Virus record (IMG/VR): IMGVR_UViG_3300035498_000371
Span: 32,001 to 96,000 of that record
Length of the DNA stretch: 64,000 nt
Strand: one strand, 5' to 3'
Source: a virus
Lineage: Duplodnaviria > Caudoviricetes
Shown here: positions 60,598 through 64,000 of the stretch, piece after piece
How positions within the stretch are numbered: the first letter of the stretch is position 1
How the letters are laid out: each line of letters opens with the position of its first letter
The notes under the pieces: generated by a model
What the model was told of the DNA's origin: nothing
What the model saw: the letters and a program-made list of their open reading frames with translations, nothing else
Databases searched by the model: none
Made by a program: the position numbers and the translations under genes

Positions 60598-61896
60598 GTG
60601 GCTGGAAGGTTTATAAACACGGATAGAGGTGGTGTATTAACACAGACTTCCATTACAAATAGTATAACTACTGCTGTAAAAAATATCCTTAATAATCCAT
60701 ATTATTTATATTCTGATAAGAGAGCATCAAAATGTACATATTTCAATATCAATACTACAATGACTACTCTAGATGAAGCAACTAGAGGAAACTATGGAGA
60801 AATATCTCCTGATAGTCCATTAAGATACAATAGAGTATATGATTTCTATATCTATGGAATATCAAAGATAGAACCTAATCTCGATGTCGGAGATTATGGT
60901 ATTGAAGGTGCTACTGTAACTGGAGATGCTATTATATTACCTTACACATTAATACCCTATCCAGGAGATTATTTTATCCTTGATCAGATAGATTCAGATA
61001 GACCATTAATGTTTAAGGTTACTGGAGTTGATCCTAGTTCATTAGATACTGGCGCTATAATGTATAAAGTTTCTTATGCTCTTGATTCATCTGATGGGAT
61101 GGAGAATATTGAACCTCAGGTTGTAAAGAATTTAAGATTCTTCATACAGAATATGGGAACAAATTTTGCTACATTCATGGAAGAAGACACATATGCTGAT
61201 GCCCAGAGTATGGAAGCTTATTCTACCATGCTTAAGGATTATTACATCTCATTATTCTATGATGCAAAAATCCAATCATTTTCTTATAATTATAGCAACA
61301 ATGGAACCATTGGAGGATCAATGCCCAATAAGTATGGCTATCATGAATTTATGGGGTTTAAAGTCTACGATCCTTACTTGATTGAATTCATGATTAGGAA
61401 TAAGATTATCAGTGGTTCTACAAATTATATATTTGTATCTCATCAGATGGTTATGCCTGTAACATTTCCTATAGATTATGATAGGACTTTCTTCTCTGCA
61501 TTAGAGAACCAAGATATTACTACTCATAAAGGAACCTATGTAGGAAACATGCTACGCTGTGATCAGGTTTTATCATTGCTCTATGCTTACCCGATAGATT
61601 ATTACTATATGGAATATAGGACTCTCGAAGCTGGATTATTTATGATTAATATTTTCGACGATCCAGAGTTTGCTGATATAATTAAAGCAAATGGCCAGAG
61701 ACCTAATGATCCAAACTGGGTGATGAAGAATATAATTATTAAATTCTTCAATAAGATAGATATAACTTTAGATGATCTTGCTGATTTATCTCATTTAGAT
61801 TATCTACAGACTAAAGAGCTATTTTATCTTATCCCAATGGTTATATTCTGTATAGATAAAACATTGGAAACAATGATGAGTAAAACATCTAGTTAA
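60598..61896 (+). CDS. Late, probably virion structural protein (432 aa)
   Basis: AACA-N6-TA at 60556..60567; RBS aaggagg; PYPGDYF motif reminiscent of neck/adaptor proteins. Confidence 0.6.
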   Translation: MAGRFINTDRGGVLTQTSITNSITTAVKNILNNPYYLYSDKRASKCTYFNINTTMTTLDEATRGNYGEISPDSPLRYNRVYDFYIYGISKIEPNLDVGDYGIEGATVTGDAIILPYTLIPYPGDYFILDQIDSDRPLMFKVTGVDPSSLDTGAIMYKVSYALDSSDGMENIEPQVVKNLRFFIQNMGTNFATFMEEDTYADAQSMEAYSTMLKDYYISLFYDAKIQSFSYNYSNNGTIGGSMPNKYGYHEFMGFKVYDPYLIEFMIRNKIISGSTNYIFVSHQMVMPVTFPIDYDRTFFSALENQDITTHKGTYVGNMLRCDQVLSLLYAYPIDYYYMEYRTLEAGLFMINIFDDPEFADIIKANGQRPNDPNWVMKNIIIKFFNKIDITLDDLADLSHLDYLQTKELFYLIPMVIFCIDKTLETMMSKTSS

Positions 61897-61910
61897 TGGA
61901 GGTGCAAAAT

Positions 61911-62123
61911 ATGATTATTTCTGAGAAGGCTAAAGTAAGAACGCCTATAGAAGATATGCTATTAAAAGAAATGGCAGACGAGGACACAATGGATACAGTA
62001 TTAGAATCGGATTATGCAGACGTGCTAGATGATGATTCTACTGATACTGGATTATTCGGCAATTCAAGCTCAGAAGATGATCTTGAAGACTTGCTGGGTG
62101 ATGACGATGATGACTTATTCTAA
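61911..62123 (+). CDS. Small acidic protein
   Basis: RBS ggagg; D/E-rich. Confidence 0.65.
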   Translation: MIISEKAKVRTPIEDMLLKEMADEDTMDTVLESDYADVLDDDSTDTGLFGNSSSEDDLEDLLGDDDDDLF

Positions 62124-62138
62124 AAGGAGGTAAAATCC

Positions 62139-62399
62139 ATGGATGAATTATTGATGGAAGACGGAGCTGTTGGAGCATTCTTAGATTCTGAAGCTGATGA
62201 AATATCGGCTGCTGTTGATGATCTAATGTATGACAATGGTGATGATATCGATCAGATTGCAGAGATTACAGATGATGATGTAGAAAACTGCGACTATGAT
62301 CCAGAATCCGATTCCGAATATTATGAAGACGTAGACACTGATGATTATTCAGATGAGTTCGATGAAGATGACTATCTGGATGAAGATGATTTAATTTAA
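62139..62399 (+). CDS. Small very acidic protein
   Basis: RBS aaggagg; close to half of residues are D/E. Confidence 0.7.
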   Translation: MDELLMEDGAVGAFLDSEADEISAAVDDLMYDNGDDIDQIAEITDDDVENCDYDPESDSEYYEDVDTDDYSDEFDEDDYLDEDDLI

Positions 62400-62430
62400 A
62401 TAAGATAAAATTTTAAGGAGGTAATTAAAA

Positions 62431-62994
62431 ATGAGTTCATATCCAAACGTAAAGAAGGTAAATATCTATCCCCAGAGACCAATTGTCTCTCTTAATCCGC
62501 CTATCAGGAGCACTGTACGTAGAGTGCTTAAATCTACTGATGAGATCAGAAAGTGCTTGATTGAGCGTGGTATTGTTGAAGAGGTATTAGACGATAACTC
62601 TGTTGTAAAGCTTGACTTTACAAATTATGATAAGGATAATCGTAAAGATCCTAAGGCTGCAGAAAAAGAAGCAGCAAAGAAAGCTGCTGAAGAAGCAGAG
62701 AAGGCTCGTAAGGAAGCTGAAGAAGCTGCTGCTAAGAAGGCTGCCGAGGAAGAAGCCGCTAGAAAAGCAGCAGAGGAAGAGGCAGCTCGTAAACTTGCTG
62801 AAGAGGAAGCAGCAAAGAAAGCCGCTGAAGAAGCTGCTGAAAAACAGGCCACAGAAGAATCAGTTAAGACTGCTGATATTGAGGACGATTCTAAGGTTCA
62901 GGCTAATAACAATAATAACCAGAACAATCATCAGAATCAGAACAATAATAACAAGTCTAATAACAACCAGCAGCAGAATAACAACAAGAAGTAA
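62431..62994 (+). CDS. Protein with E/A/K single-helix repeats and N/Q tail
   Basis: (EEEAAxKAA)n; RBS aaggagg. Confidence 0.75.
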   Translation: MSSYPNVKKVNIYPQRPIVSLNPPIRSTVRRVLKSTDEIRKCLIERGIVEEVLDDNSVVKLDFTNYDKDNRKDPKAAEKEAAKKAAEEAEKARKEAEEAAAKKAAEEEAARKAAEEEAARKLAEEEAAKKAAEEAAEKQATEESVKTADIEDDSKVQANNNNNQNNHQNQNNNNKSNNNQQQNNNKK

Positions 62995-63210
62995 TTCTGA
63001 GGAATTAAGATTATATATAATAAAAGTAAGAGAGAAGCGTAATTGCTTCTCTCGAATCTTTTGTTAGGAGGTGCTGTAATGGATGAAATAGGAATCGGTA
63101 GTGAAGAAGATGAACGTGAGTAAGGAAGGAGTATTAGAAAGAACTTATAAGAATAAAAATATTTAAGCAAAATTATTATTAATGGATATTTTTAATTTCT
63201 AAAAAAAGAA

Positions 63211-63238
63211 TCCCGTTAGGCATAATAGCCTAACGGGA
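63211..63238. terminator. Bidirectional terminator
   Basis: tcccgttagg-cataatag-cctaacggga between A- and T-rich flanks. Confidence 0.7.
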
Positions 63239-63262
63239 ACATTCTTTGTATTTTATTTTTTA

Positions 63263-63659
63263 TTAGAATACTGGATTTGTAAGTTTGGTTCCTGGAAGAA
63301 CTAGTGTTAAGTTATACATTGCTTGAATAGCTTCCTTATCAGCAAGTCTTCCATTTTTTCCAGCCATTGTAATAAACTGAGCATTAGAGTTCATATATTT
63401 TAATAACTCTTGATTTGCCTCGATAGTCCATGCTACTTTAAGAGTAACCTGATCACCATCATAATCGGCTCCCATAAGTATGCAGTAAGGATTACATAAC
63501 TGGAGAGTATCTATAAACTTATTTGCAGTATTAGAACCAATATCATTCTGTCTTATCTTAGGGAACCACTGGTAGAATACTCCATTTATTACCATTGGTT
63601 CTGTTTTATTCATAGAAGATATATGCATTTTGGTATACAGTTGGTTGAAGTAAGAATCT
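63263..63659 (-). CDS. rpoC: RNA polymerase beta' catalytic subunit, last exon
   Basis: MGADYDGDQV (NADFDGD equivalent); frame extends upstream to DSYFNQLYTK at the intron 3' G. Confidence 0.9.
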
Positions 63660-64000
63660 CATTTTCTTCACATAGGTCGTTAATCTATGCAGTTCTCTTA
63701 TGAACTTCTTCGGTTTTTCTCCGAATGTTGAGACTATATCACTATCCTTATTAAAGGATACCACTCATTTCCATTTAAAGGGTTCTCACCTACCTACTTA
63801 GGCCGTACTCCTTATGCTGAATTTCACAGCCCTTCCGGGGATAGTCGTTGAGCATCAATATCTATATTGATTTGTAATATCATTATTTTGAAGTCTGAAG
63901 AACAATCTCCTCGCTATTCTTATAGATTTATCGCTTATTTCTATTCCAGCATTTAATAACGCGGCCTCTGTTATAAGTTTAGCTCTATTATAATAGCAAT
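63660..64000 (-). ncRNA. Group I intron in beta' (3' part; runs off the window)
   Basis: R GCTCAACGACTA, S GATATAGTC, P9 hairpins, terminal ...GAAAAUG. Confidence 0.85.
63855..63998 (-). CDS. C-terminal end of an intron-encoded ORF (probable homing endonuclease)
   Basis: ...RRLFFRLQNNDITNQYRY* ends just before the R element, like ...EICNQYDY* of the HNH at 54944..55744. Confidence 0.55.
   Translation of the reverse strand, partial: CYYNRAKLITEAALLNAGIEISDKSIRIARRLFFRLQNNDITNQYRY

Noticed and set aside
62612-63067. Alternative-frame and antisense ORFs here and across the ORF track (e.g. 14657..15103, 40721..41140, 46246..46623)
   Set aside because: They are shadows of long real genes, with no RBS or recognisable motifs.
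63079-63123. 14-codon ORF after a strong aggagg
   Set aside because: Too short to support; could be a gene remnant.
1-64000. Alternative genetic code (stop-codon reassignment)
   Set aside because: Genes are full length under code 11, and TAA, TAG and TGA all end genes. The breaks in terL, polB, the sigma-like gene and beta' are explained by introns.

Overview
A 64-kb AT-rich segment of a jumbo myophage of the phiKZ/AR9(PBS1)-like type. Strong AGGAGG RBSs and a CHAP + lysozyme + PG-binding lysin suggest a Firmicutes, probably clostridial, host. Transcription genes: pieces of two multisubunit RNA polymerases (beta N part, two different beta' C parts, the beta' part with the DxDGD centre) and a probable sigma-like subunit. 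Replication and accessory genes: a family B DNA polymerase split into two distant genes, SbcC/Rad50, SF2 helicase, primase, DHH phosphoesterase and a GroEL-like chaperonin. Virion module: portal, sheath, tube, terminase, prohead protease and major capsid protein. Four group I introns interrupt terL, polB-C, the sigma-like gene and beta'. An AR9-like late promoter AACA-N6-TA precedes 14 transcription units. The most unusual observations are: (1) a short peptide motif, roughly [KR]-x(1-2)-M-[CV]-x-[ILVKR]-[VI], shared by about 15 unrelated non-structural proteins, mostly at termini and including an intron homing endonuclease, which looks like a common sorting or docking tag; (2) a ~750-nt ORF-free, hairpin-rich RNA between a pseudo-tRNA and tRNA-Lys; (3) an unannotated 53-aa gene that copies the C-terminal tail of the major capsid protein; (4) a tandem, catalytically dead prohead-protease paralogue. 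All calls come from reading motifs by eye; no searches were run.
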